A stretch of 64,000 bases of DNA from Eledone cirrhosa (taxonomy: Eukaryota), in assembly GCA_964016885.1 (NCBI GenBank), contig OZ024740.1, forward strand, positions 376,712,001 through 376,776,000. The letters run 5' to 3'. Positions 54,216 to 64,000 of this stretch are shown in pieces. The translations under genes were made by a program, and so were the position numbers. Numbering within the stretch: position 1 is the stretch's first letter; every line of letters starts with the position of its first letter. Below the pieces are notes generated by a model. That model was not told the DNA's origin, ran no database searches, and was given only the letters and a program-made list of their open reading frames with translations.

Positions 54216-55988
54216 TTACATATATATATATACATATATGTGTGTGTGCGTGTCAAGACCGAAGGGCCCGTACAAGCAACGCATGCAGTGCATGCGTTAT
54301 CGAATCTTGAATTTATCAATTGCGTCGGTTGAAGCAGCAGAATTTTGGCTGCTTACTAAAACGTATAGACACAAAAAAAGAAAACACACACACACATACA
54401 CCCAAACACACGACAGCTTTGTGGCAAGCAGAATTTTGACAGCTTACTAATTCGTAGACACATAAAAAGATAACACACACACACACACACACTGGATAAC
54501 ACTACATGCGGAGGGTTATTTAGAGGGAATTGGGGGGGGGGGGCACAGCCCCACTTTCCCCCATGGCGATTGGACTGCATGCCCTGCTTTCCAGGTTACC
54601 CATCGCCACTGGTGCGTGTGTGTGTGTGTGTGTTTGTTTGTGTGTATACACGAGGGCAGAGATTATATATACGCATACACACACATATTATATATACACG
54701 TATATGCGCGTGTATATATGAATAATTCATTACATTCGAGCGTTATGACTCTGGAATTTCATGTAAAACACCAAATATTTGCTTAGGTGTAGACAGATGT
54801 GGATATGAAGCATGTATTCTTAAAATAATATTGTCTTATAAAGGGCTCTGTCAAATAAATTCTTGTAAACTATTATTGATTTGATACAACACTATGAAAA
54901 TCTTCTGTGGAAACTATAAGTTGTTACTAAAAGCACATCGATATATAATGACCCAATGATATTATTCAATAGAAAATATGCAAATAAAACATTATATGAA
55001 ATAAGAAGTGTATGCACAAGTGAATGAAAGTTAGAAAATAAATCATTATGAGGTAACATATTATGAGATGAATAAAAAATAAAAGAGATATAGAAAATGT
55101 ATATGTTTGGAGATGTACAAGTTTGGATATATTCGAAAGACATTATATTTGCTGACCTGTAGAAACAAATGAAAATAAGAGTTAAATAACATTATCTCTT
55201 GCATGTTTTTCATATCACAAATATGCAGACTAAATGTTTTTATTTAGAGCAATTTGGTAGGTAATCTGATAAAAACAAAACAGGCGGATATCTTAAAATA
55301 ATACATTTACAGGGTTGACTAAGGTCAATAATATGTTTGAAAAGCAAGAGATGTGAAAATAAATGGCCTGTAATATGAATTGGAATATAAATTATTATAC
55401 GCTGGTATTAACGTGGACAAAATATAGATATAAAAACGGGAGAGTAGAGATAAATTCTAGGGAATTGTGGAGCAAATTTGTACATTTGTACATAGATGTA
55501 CAAGATTGTATAGCTTGGAATAGTTATTGTCTTGCAATATATATATGTGTGTAAGTTTTTACGTGTGTGTGTGTGATTGTATGTGTGTGTCTAATTGTGT
55601 GTGAGTGTGTATGTGTGTGTGTGTGTTGTATATATGTGTGTGTGTATGTGTGTGCGTGCGTGTGTGCATAGTGTATGAGTGGGTGTCTATGAGAGTGTAA
55701 GTGTGTGTGTGTGCAATCGAACATAAACGTAACCAACGAATCAAATGAAAGAGTACAATAAAAAAAATATATTAGTTTCATGCTTGATATAGTCTTTACA
55801 TTAGTCCTTCATCAGAAGATAGAATGAGGAATAAAAAATGAAATAGAGAGATAGAGGGTGGAACGGAAAAAGATTTTTTTAGAAAGAACACGTGTATTCA
55901 GTAAGCCATACATACATACGTACGTACATACATACATACATGCATACATACATACATACATACATACATACATACATACATACATACA

Positions 55989-56421
55989 TACATACATACA
56001 TACATACATGGTGGCTGCCAACTCGTTTTCGAGTATGGCCACTACTTTATATCCATGTAGGAGAACCCCTACCGATGCGCTGAACGAGTGTGACTTTTTA
56101 GTCCAGCCAGCGACTTGAAAACTCTGGTACAAACACTACACTTGCGACAATTATTGACACATAGTGCTGGGCCCATGGTACCATGTGACGACAAGGGCAG
56201 AGAGATCTCCAGATATAAAGCAATGCCTGTGCCGTGAAGCTTTTATAGTGAGCAAAGGCACTGCACAAAGCCAGTCCCACTCTCTTAACCAAGATGATAT
56301 TTACCAAAAAGAAGAACAAGTCAACATCATTGGATACCAACAGGGTTGCAGGTGTTATATCAGAGTTTTCCTTCTCCTAGAATTCTGTCTTGACAAAGGC
56401 TAACGGGTCATCTCTCTCGGA
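55989..56421 (-). mobile_element. RTE-derived family B element, 5'-truncated, within (TACA)n
   Basis: Close match to 2209-2622. Confidence 0.88.
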
Positions 56422-56496
56422 GATACATACATACATACATACATACATACATACATACATACATACATACATACATACATACATACATACATACAT

Positions 56497-57095
56497 AATA
56501 TGAAAGAGTACTTGAGGAATGTTGCAGTAAAATCTACAACAAAATGCAGGCATAACAGACCAGATATTATGATATGGGACAGGGATAAGAAGGCATGCAC
56601 AGAAGCCCAGCAGATGCCGATATATTATAAAAGATTAGCGAAAAGGAGAATATCTATGCAGAACTAAAGACTATACCTGGCTATACCTTCAGATGTATGC
56701 CTGTGAGTAGTGGGGCACTGGGATATATTAGTAACTGCCTCAGTACAAATCTTGAGAAGCTGGGCTTCACAGAAACAGATAGAAACAGATGGAACACGAC
56801 TAGTTAGGAAATTACAATTACAGGAACAGTAAAAATATTATAAACATTCCAAATATTCTGCATCTAAGAACTCTATACAAAGCATATTCACATATACACA
56901 TATAACTCAAAACATACACCTCCACACATACAATAACATCCATACCTGTACACACATGGATGCATGCAGACATGCATACATATATACCTAGTTGATGTTG
57001 TGTAAATTCCAATGAGTGAGTCTTGTAACTATGTTAAAAGCCAACTCTCTTTCTCTCTCTATTGGTATACATTTGTGAAATTATAAGACCAGAAG
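56497..57095 (+). mobile_element. R4/Dong-like 3' fragment (REL endonuclease) within (TACA)n
   Basis: [37 protein letters not shown]. Confidence 0.75.
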
Positions 57096-57128
57096 CACAT
57101 ACACACATACACATACATACATACATAC

Positions 57129-58200
57129 ATGATGGCTGCCTCCTCGTTATCGAGTATGGCCATTGCAGGAGAGAAAAAAACATAATAATAACAATAATAA
57201 TAATAATAACAACAATAATAATGACAACAGCAACAACAATAATAATATACATATATATATATACACACACGCGTACACACATAAACATATCTACACACAC
57301 ACACACACACGATAGCAATTAACAGCGCTGCGATCGAATGTGGCTTTTTAGCCCAGCTAATGATCTAAAATGTCTTGCAGAGAGTTGGCAACCAAAACAG
57401 TCACTGGGAATAGCCGGCTGTGGTTGGAGTTCGTGTACTTTTGCATGCCGCTTGAGCCCTCCTGCTGATTTACATTCTCTCCCACATGTTTGGCAAGCAT
57501 GACGAGCAGCATCTCCAACAGCAGCCCGGTAGTCAACCACTGGTCTTACCCCATGACTGCGAAGATGACTTTCAAGTCCAGCTTTCTTAGGCAGAGTCTC
57601 GCACAGACGCCGCATGCCAGCGCCATAGGAGGACCCTCGCCGTCTTGAAATGCAACAGCAACGCCCTTGCTCGCATCCCGCCTTACCTTCTCGTATGCGA
57701 TTCGAGATGCCTCAAAGGCACCTTTCCCCTCATATACAGTCTTTCTCTATTTATTACGATCAGCAGCAACATTTTCCTATGTATCAGCAGATATGTTAGC
57801 GTCTCCCAAAAAGGCTCTCAACGAATCCTTATACCTCTTTCTTGGTCTCTGTGGCGGTCGTTTTCCCCCAAACCACTCTCCATAAAAGAGCCGCCCCGGT
57901 ATTTTGGAGGGCTCTCAGTGTGACAGTGTGGAGGCTCTTGTGCTTGGGCGACGACTCCGTTGGAGTGGTCGTCTTGCCGGGATGAGGGATTCTGGAATAC
58001 CGGGGCGGCTCTTTTATGGAGAGTTGGTTGGGGGAAAACGACCGCCACATAGACCAAGAAAGAGGTATAAGGATTCCTTGAGAGCATCTTTGGGAGACGC
58101 TAACATATCTGCTGATACATGGAAAAATGTTGCTGCTGATCGTAATACATGGAGAAAGACTGTATATGAGGGGAAAGGTGCCTTTGAGGCATCTCGAATC
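57129..58200. mobile_element. RTE-ZnF LINE copy with 5' inversion-duplication and heavy A-to-G change
   Basis: 57129-57903 on minus matches 11635-12589; 57901-58200 on plus matches the sense strand of 12684-12385. Confidence 0.92.
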
Positions 58201-58280
58201 ACATACATACATACATACATACATACATACATACATACATACATACATACATACATACATACATACATACATACATACAT

Positions 58281-60725
58281 AAATCAATTTATGACTGATG
58301 ACACCCCAACAAAAGAACAGGTTGAGAGCTAATGGAGATCTATATGGGAAACGATTGATGCCATTTAACAAAACAACTAAATGGATATAATAAATGAAAC
58401 AGGAATACTGCCAGCATGTCCAGACAAAACAATAGGACATAGATAGGTCAATACTGGAAACAGCTATACAGAAAATCACCTATAGGAAATCAGCAGGGCA
58501 AGACCTCATAATAGGAAACTGGCTGAAGAATTTCACCTTCTGAGGAATTTCACACGGCTGTTATCAACTGCCACTACTCGCCTCTTCCCTAAAACGAGCC
58601 AAACCACCCTCGCTAAAAATTACCGCCCAATAGCATGCCAGAACATAATGTATACATTATACACTGGGTGCCTTAATCTTTTTTACAGGATCATTGTGCC
58701 ACCAACAACATTTTAACACCCGAGCAAGTTGGTGGAAAGAAGGAGGTGTGGGGCTGCATAGATCACCCACTAACAAATAAAATGATTCACGAAAAAACAG
58801 CAAAGAATCACAGGAACATGACTGTGGTGTAGTTGGACTATCAGAAGGCCTTTGATAGTGTACCTCATGGGTGGATTATTAAGGCTTTACAGTTAGCCAA
58901 AGTCCCACAACCACTAGTAGCTGCTGTTGAACGCCTGACCAAGAATTGGTACACCAATTTGATCATTAGGGGTGAGAAGGAGCAAATTAAGACTGGTACA
59001 ATACACTACCAGAAAGGCATCTTTCAGGGTTATGACTTATCAGTGCTGCTCTTCGTCCTCTCACTAAACCCACTATCATACCTGCTCACGAAACAAAGTA
59101 GTCATAGAAATGGGTCCAGAAGTATCTCCCATCTTTTCTTTGTTGATGACCTGAAGGTCCAAATACCAACTATATCAAAAATCAATTGGACCTCATTACA
59201 CAATTCTCTGCAGATATCAGAAGGAAATTTGTTTAGTCCAAATGTGCATATTTGATAGTAAAACATGGAAGGGCTGTGCCTTCCTCTGGAAATCTAGAGA
59301 TGAACGGCTTGCCAATACAACCTCTACAATCAGGAGACAACTACAGATATCCTGGACAGGATGAGAATGTCAGATATGATTGACTCATAAATAAGGAGAG
59401 AACCAGAACTGAATGTATCAGGAGAGTAAAGAAAATAGTGCCATCAGAACTATCAGTTTACAACAAATACATTGCCCACAATACTTATGCTATGTTAATC
59501 CTAACGCCAATATTTGGTCTGCTGAACTAGTCATTGCAAGAACTAAGTGAGATGGATGTAAGAAGTCGCAAGCTTCTCAGTTTTACTGGAAAATTTAACA
59601 TCAATGTTGATGTGGATAGGCTATACTTCTCACGCAAGGAAGGTGGCCGGGGTCTAAAATCCATATTAATATCATACGAGACCCGCGCAGTAGCACTGAA
59701 GCAACATATTCAACAGAAGAAAATGGTCAGCAACCATCTTGCCGAAGTTTATGAGCATGAAGGAAATAATATCATTAGGATAGCCACTGATCTGGAGGAG
59801 AGATATGGAATAAGGCCAGGGAAATTGGAAAATCCTATTCAATGTTCAAACAAGATAAAAAGAAAAATGGACCAGTTTACAGAGAACGTTATGTATGGGT
59901 ACGTGAGACGAAAGCCACAAACCATAGAGGGAATAAATCATTCAAAAAGACTGGCATGGAGTTTCGACAAGTTTATGACATGCCACCTTGAAGGATATCT
60001 CTATGTAATACAGGAACAAGAAATCCCAATCAAATATCTTCTACACAAAAGAGGAGGACAATCAGTCGACAATAAATGTAGGCTTTATAAAACAAAGATT
60101 GAAGATGCTAGCCACATTGTTGCCAACTGCGAAAGAATGTCATCTCGTTACTACCTCCCTATGAGACACGATGTGATAGCTAGAACCATCTGGAGCGCAC
60201 TTAGGAAAACAAAATTAAAAACAAATGAGGAGGAACATGTTGAGATAGATGCAGTGAAGAATACTGGTGGAACCTGAAAATAGAAACTGCCTCCAAATTA
60301 AAGCACAACCGGCCTGATGTTGTTTGGAACCAACCATTGAAAACGTGCTCTGTTGTAGAGATCAGCTGCCCACTTGATGTCAACTGTGTATGAAATATAC
60401 AAGAGAAGGAGGGTATCTACGGACCATTTATGAGGAGTGTATAGATCCAATATCTATGATACACCTTCAGCTTCATACCCATCATTACTGGGGCTGCAGG
60501 TTATATACCAACCCGCTTGGACCTAAGTATAGCTGAAATTGGATTTGTGGACAAAGAGCGCAGCTCCCTAATTCATAGACTACAAATGGGTGCGATAGCT
60601 GGAACCTTCAAACTTTGCAAAGCATTCTTGCGATTCAAGGGTTCACAATTTCTTTTCTTTTACAACCTTGCCGCCAGGAAGGAGGTCGCTCAAAAATGTA
60701 CTCGAAATTAAGAGAGAGAGAAACA
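58281..60725 (+). mobile_element. 5'-truncated, degraded copy of the R4/Dong family at 7.5-11.6 kb
   Basis: Collinear with about 9080-11628; many stops; ACAT repeats on both flanks. Confidence 0.93.
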
Positions 60726-60971
60726 TACATACGTACATATAGGGATATGGGACAGCATTAACAGCGAAAGGAAAGTGCGCACGCCCATATATTCAAAGAG
60801 GCAAAACAGTAATATTTACATGTCATTGTTTGGCATCATGAATACTATCAATTTTATTCGTTTAACTCAGACTTTATTCTTCTAGCTTTCAATATATCCA
60901 TTAATCTATCTATTTACTTGTATATTCTTCTGTTTGCTTATATATCCTACTACTTATATCGATACATACAT

Positions 60972-61056
<85 letters not shown>

Positions 61057-61216
61057 ATACATACAAGTATACATATATAAACTTATACATATACATACGT
61101 GTACTTAAAGATATGCGCATAGCTACTCATATACAAATATACATAGAAAAATATCTCTCCCTCTCTTTCCTTCTCTGTTTCTTCTTGGCTTTCTCTCTCC
61201 TTATCTCTCTCTTCAA

Positions 61217-61249
<33 letters not shown>

Positions 61250-61292
61250 CACACACACACACATGTATACCTATATATATATATAGATAAAT

Positions 61293-61310
61293 AGATAGAT
61301 AGATAGATAT

Positions 61311-61360
<50 letters not shown>
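61293..61360. repeat. (GATA)n microsatellite abutting the Tx1/L1 3' end
   Basis: Direct inspection. Confidence 0.95.
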
Positions 61361-61361
<1 letters not shown>

Positions 61362-64000
61362 TGTTTCTTTTATTTGCCACTAGGGCATCAAAAGTGGGAC
61401 AAGTACAAAGGGGGGAGTTTACACAAAAAGGCGTCCTCAATAAGGAGGAAGCAATAACAAAATATAAAAATAAAATAAGATATAACAAAAAATAAAATTT
61501 TTAACAAAATCCTCAATAGAGAGGAGGCGCCTTGGGGGGTCGCACACACCCCCGAAAAAAGTGTGCAACCCTTCTCCTCAGGAGCACAGAGAAGGGGTGC
61601 TCCCTTGGTCTTTCATCTTCCTCACCTATAGTCTGATGTAGAGTGAAGGCCCATTCACACGCTCCATTCTCGCCACTTTCACCCATCTTTCATAGAAACG
61701 GCTGGGGTGCAGCACCTCTCTCTCCATCCTGATCCTTCTTCCGAAATGATATCGGAAGAAACGGACCAGTTGTTGGCCAGAGAGAAAGGTGCCTGACCTC
61801 AGTCCTTTCAGACGCGTCCACCATACAACCTCTTTCGCCATGGCTATTACGCACAGAAACACCGCCTCTGCTTCATCTTTGAAGGGGGGAGGCGGCTTGA
61901 TCATTACAATAGACTCGGTGGTCAACCGGATCGGTCCCACCCTTGACAGCAGTTGTTCGACATAGCCCCACAGATCGGCTACGCCCGAGCAGTGTACCAA
62001 TGCGTGTGCAACGGTTTCCTCGTCGCACACGCATCTGGGACAGATCTTTTTGGCGGGGTCCCTACCCGGGCGCCCGTGTCTGTAGAGCCTTTCTCGAACG
62101 GGTAAAGCCCCTCGGTAGCACTGCCAGGCCAGGGACTTCTGGAAGTTGTCCATAGGTCCCGGGCTGAATGTCCTACCGAACAGGCTGGCCAGTTCGTCCT
62201 CCTCCATGTCTAGGGCTTCTCCGAGGGCGTCGTCGCACCTGCTGCGTACCAGCCCTCTATAGAATGTTGCGGTGGAGTCTCCACTGGTAACCGGATCCGC
62301 CTGCCAGAGGGCGGTGAGCGCCTGGGCACACTCAGTGTGCCAGGCGCCCAGTTTTCTCGGTCTTTGTTTGACCCAGGATTGCAGCTCGGTGAGTGAGACG
62401 AGTCTGGGAAAGGTTCGTCTCACAAACGAGGCCCACACCGGTTGTCCGGTGAGGAATACGTAGAGGTGCCGTAGCCTTAATGCGTGTTTACGCATCATTA
62501 GCCACGGCATCCCCAGCCCTCCTTTCGAAGGGTGTTGACAGCAGATGGATCTCCTCACCATAGGAGCCCGCCTCTTCCAAAGGAATTGGAAGAGCGCGCG
62601 CTCCATCTTGGTGAGGGTTTCCCTTGGGCAGGGCACTACGGTCAGGCGGTAGTAGATGACGGACGCTATGTAGGTGTTCGCCACCTCCGCCCGACCTTTC
62701 AGGGATAGTTTGCAACTGGCCCACTTCTGGGTCAGTGCAAACACCCTGTTCGTAACCTCCACCCAGTTTTTCTCCACCTGGAGGTCCGGTCCGAACCAGA
62801 CCCCGAGCAACTTCACCGGGCCCTCCGTCCAGCATCCGACGACGCCATCGGAGGGCATCGGTCTGCCCCTCCACGTGCCGAGTTGCAAACCGATCGACTT
62901 GTCCCGGTTCAGCTTAGCCCCTGTGAACTTTTCGTACTCCTCCAGTAAGGTGCCGACCGCCTCGATTTCGGAGGCCGTCGACACCATTACTGTCACGTCA
63001 TCGGCGTAGGCCGACACCGCTTTCCGCAATCCCGGTTCCAAAGGGATGCCCTGCAACAACTCCAACTTCCGCAGTAGTGGCTCTAGAGTCAACACATACA
63101 GAAGGGAGGAGAGAGGGCACCCTTGTCGGATGGACCGCGCGATTTTGAACGGCTCCGAGAGGTAGCCGTTCACCTTGACCCTAGAGCAGATGCGGCTGCT
63201 GTGCATAGCAGTGATCCAGCCCCTGAAAACGGGTCCGAAGCCTGCCGCCGCTAGCACCGCATCCAGGTAACCATGGTCGACCCTATCGAACGCCTTAGAT
63301 TGATCCAAGTTGATCAGAGCCCCACCAAAGCCGGGTTCGTTCCCAACCCTCTCTATGATGTATCGCATGAGGTGGAGGTTGTCATGGATGGACCTGGACG
63401 GGATAGCGCATGTCTGCGCATCTCCTACCAGGTTGCCCACGACAAGCGCCAACCTCTTTGCTAGCACCTTGGCCCAAATCTGTAACTCTGTATTTAGCAG
63501 TGTTATGGGCCTGAAGTTACTTATTTCGTCCCCCTTGTTCTCGTCCTTCCTCACTAGCGTGACTACGCCCTCAGTACAGGGAATTCTCCCGTTCTGTTGC
63601 CAGTTGCAGTAGACCGCCTCGAGGAGATCGGGGAACAAGTCCGGCATAGCTAGATATAATTCGTAAGGAAGACCATCGAGACCCGGGGATTTGCGTTTGC
63701 CGCATTGGCTCAACACGTCCTCTATCTCAGCGGCCGAAATCGGCTCCTCGCAGGACTTCGCCTCCCTGTCCGAGAGGCGCGGCAGGCCGTCGAGGTATGG
63801 ACCGAAGTCCACGTTCCCAACCGGCTCCCCGCCCCTCCCGAACAGTCGGGCAAAGTGCCTTTGAAAGGCCTCACACATCTGCTTAGGCTCAAGAATCGCC
63901 CGTCCATCCAGGTCTCGCAAAGACCGGATGGTGGATTTAGTTCCACTGTTGGCCTCTGTCACGCGGGCCCAGCTAACAGCTTTGGTCCCCTCGTTCCCTA
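61361..64000 (-). mobile_element. Tx1/L1-clade LINE (3' part), GC-rich, apparently young
   Basis: Uninterrupted ORF2, ~265-nt 3' UTR, AATAAA just before (ATCT)n. Confidence 0.92.
61626..63998 (-). CDS. Tx1/L1-type ORF2: reverse transcriptase plus C-terminal CCHC (zf-RVT-like); N-terminus outside the window
   Basis: KSPGLDG, NFRPITLLN, DQSKAFDRVDH, QGCPLS, AYADD, LSLKGR, GGLG, CPRC..ETVAHALVHC; frame stays open to the window edge. Confidence 0.93.
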   Translation of the reverse strand, partial: GNEGTKAVSWARVTEANSGTKSTIRSLRDLDGRAILEPKQMCEAFQRHFARLFGRGGEPVGNVDFGPYLDGLPRLSDREAKSCEEPISAAEIEDVLSQCGKRKSPGLDGLPYELYLAMPDLFPDLLEAVYCNWQQNGRIPCTEGVVTLVRKDENKGDEISNFRPITLLNTELQIWAKVLAKRLALVVGNLVGDAQTCAIPSRSIHDNLHLMRYIIERVGNEPGFGGALINLDQSKAFDRVDHGYLDAVLAAAGFGPVFRGWITAMHSSRICSRVKVNGYLSEPFKIARSIRQGCPLSSLLYVLTLEPLLRKLELLQGIPLEPGLRKAVSAYADDVTVMVSTASEIEAVGTLLEEYEKFTGAKLNRDKSIGLQLGTWRGRPMPSDGVVGCWTEGPVKLLGVWFGPDLQVEKNWVEVTNRVFALTQKWASCKLSLKGRAEVANTYIASVIYYRLTVVPCPRETLTKMERALFQFLWKRRAPMVRRSICCQHPSKGGLGMPWLMMRKHALRLRHLYVFLTGQPVWASFVRRTFPRLVSLTELQSWVKQRPRKLGAWHTECAQALTALWQADPVTSGDSTATFYRGLVRSRCDDALGEALDMEEDELASLFGRTFSPGPMDNFQKSLAWQCYRGALPVRERLYRHGRPGRDPAKKICPRCVCDEETVAHALVHCSGVADLWGYVEQLLSRVGPIRLTTESIVMIKPPPPFKDEAEAVFLCVIAMAKEVVWWTRLKGLRSGTFLSGQQLVRFFRYHFGRRIRMEREVLHPSRFYERWVKVARMERVNGPSLYIRL

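Noticed and set aside
54500-54612. hAT-like terminus (CAGTGGCG on minus) with a G-rich tract
   Set aside because: No partner terminus or 8-bp target duplication found.
55900-60735. Segmental duplication of the 7.4-12.9 kb Dong/RTE block
   Set aside because: Element order, truncation points and flanks differ, so independent insertions fit better.
61943-63946. Short overlapping ORFs within the Tx1/L1 ORF
   Set aside because: Expected shadow frames of GC-rich coding sequence.

Overview
AT-rich, microsatellite-laden eukaryotic DNA with no recognisable host protein-coding gene. The dominant tRNA-derived SINE resembles the abundant octopus SINE family as I recall it, so an octopod cephalopod is likely (inference). 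The window is a retrotransposon graveyard. It holds R4/Dong-type REL-endonuclease LINEs (one near full length), RTE-clade LINEs with C-terminal C2H2 fingers plus short non-autonomous derivatives, Penelope-like elements (PLEs) and many pseudo-LTR remnants with hammerhead ribozyme motifs, a GC-rich Tx1/L1-clade ORF running off the right edge, about 19 SINE copies, and a MITE. Three observations stand out. (1) An RTE copy at 57.1-58.2 kb carries a dense, strand-specific A-to-G signature consistent with an ADAR-hyperedited RNA written back into the genome. (2) A tandem ~550-bp repeat at 22.0-23.2 kb contains hammerhead core pieces in a non-circularly permuted order. (3) Several LINE families appear to target particular microsatellites ((TACA)n, (TAA)n, possibly (GATA)n) in fixed orientations. 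All alignments, counts and folds were done by eye and boundaries are approximate.
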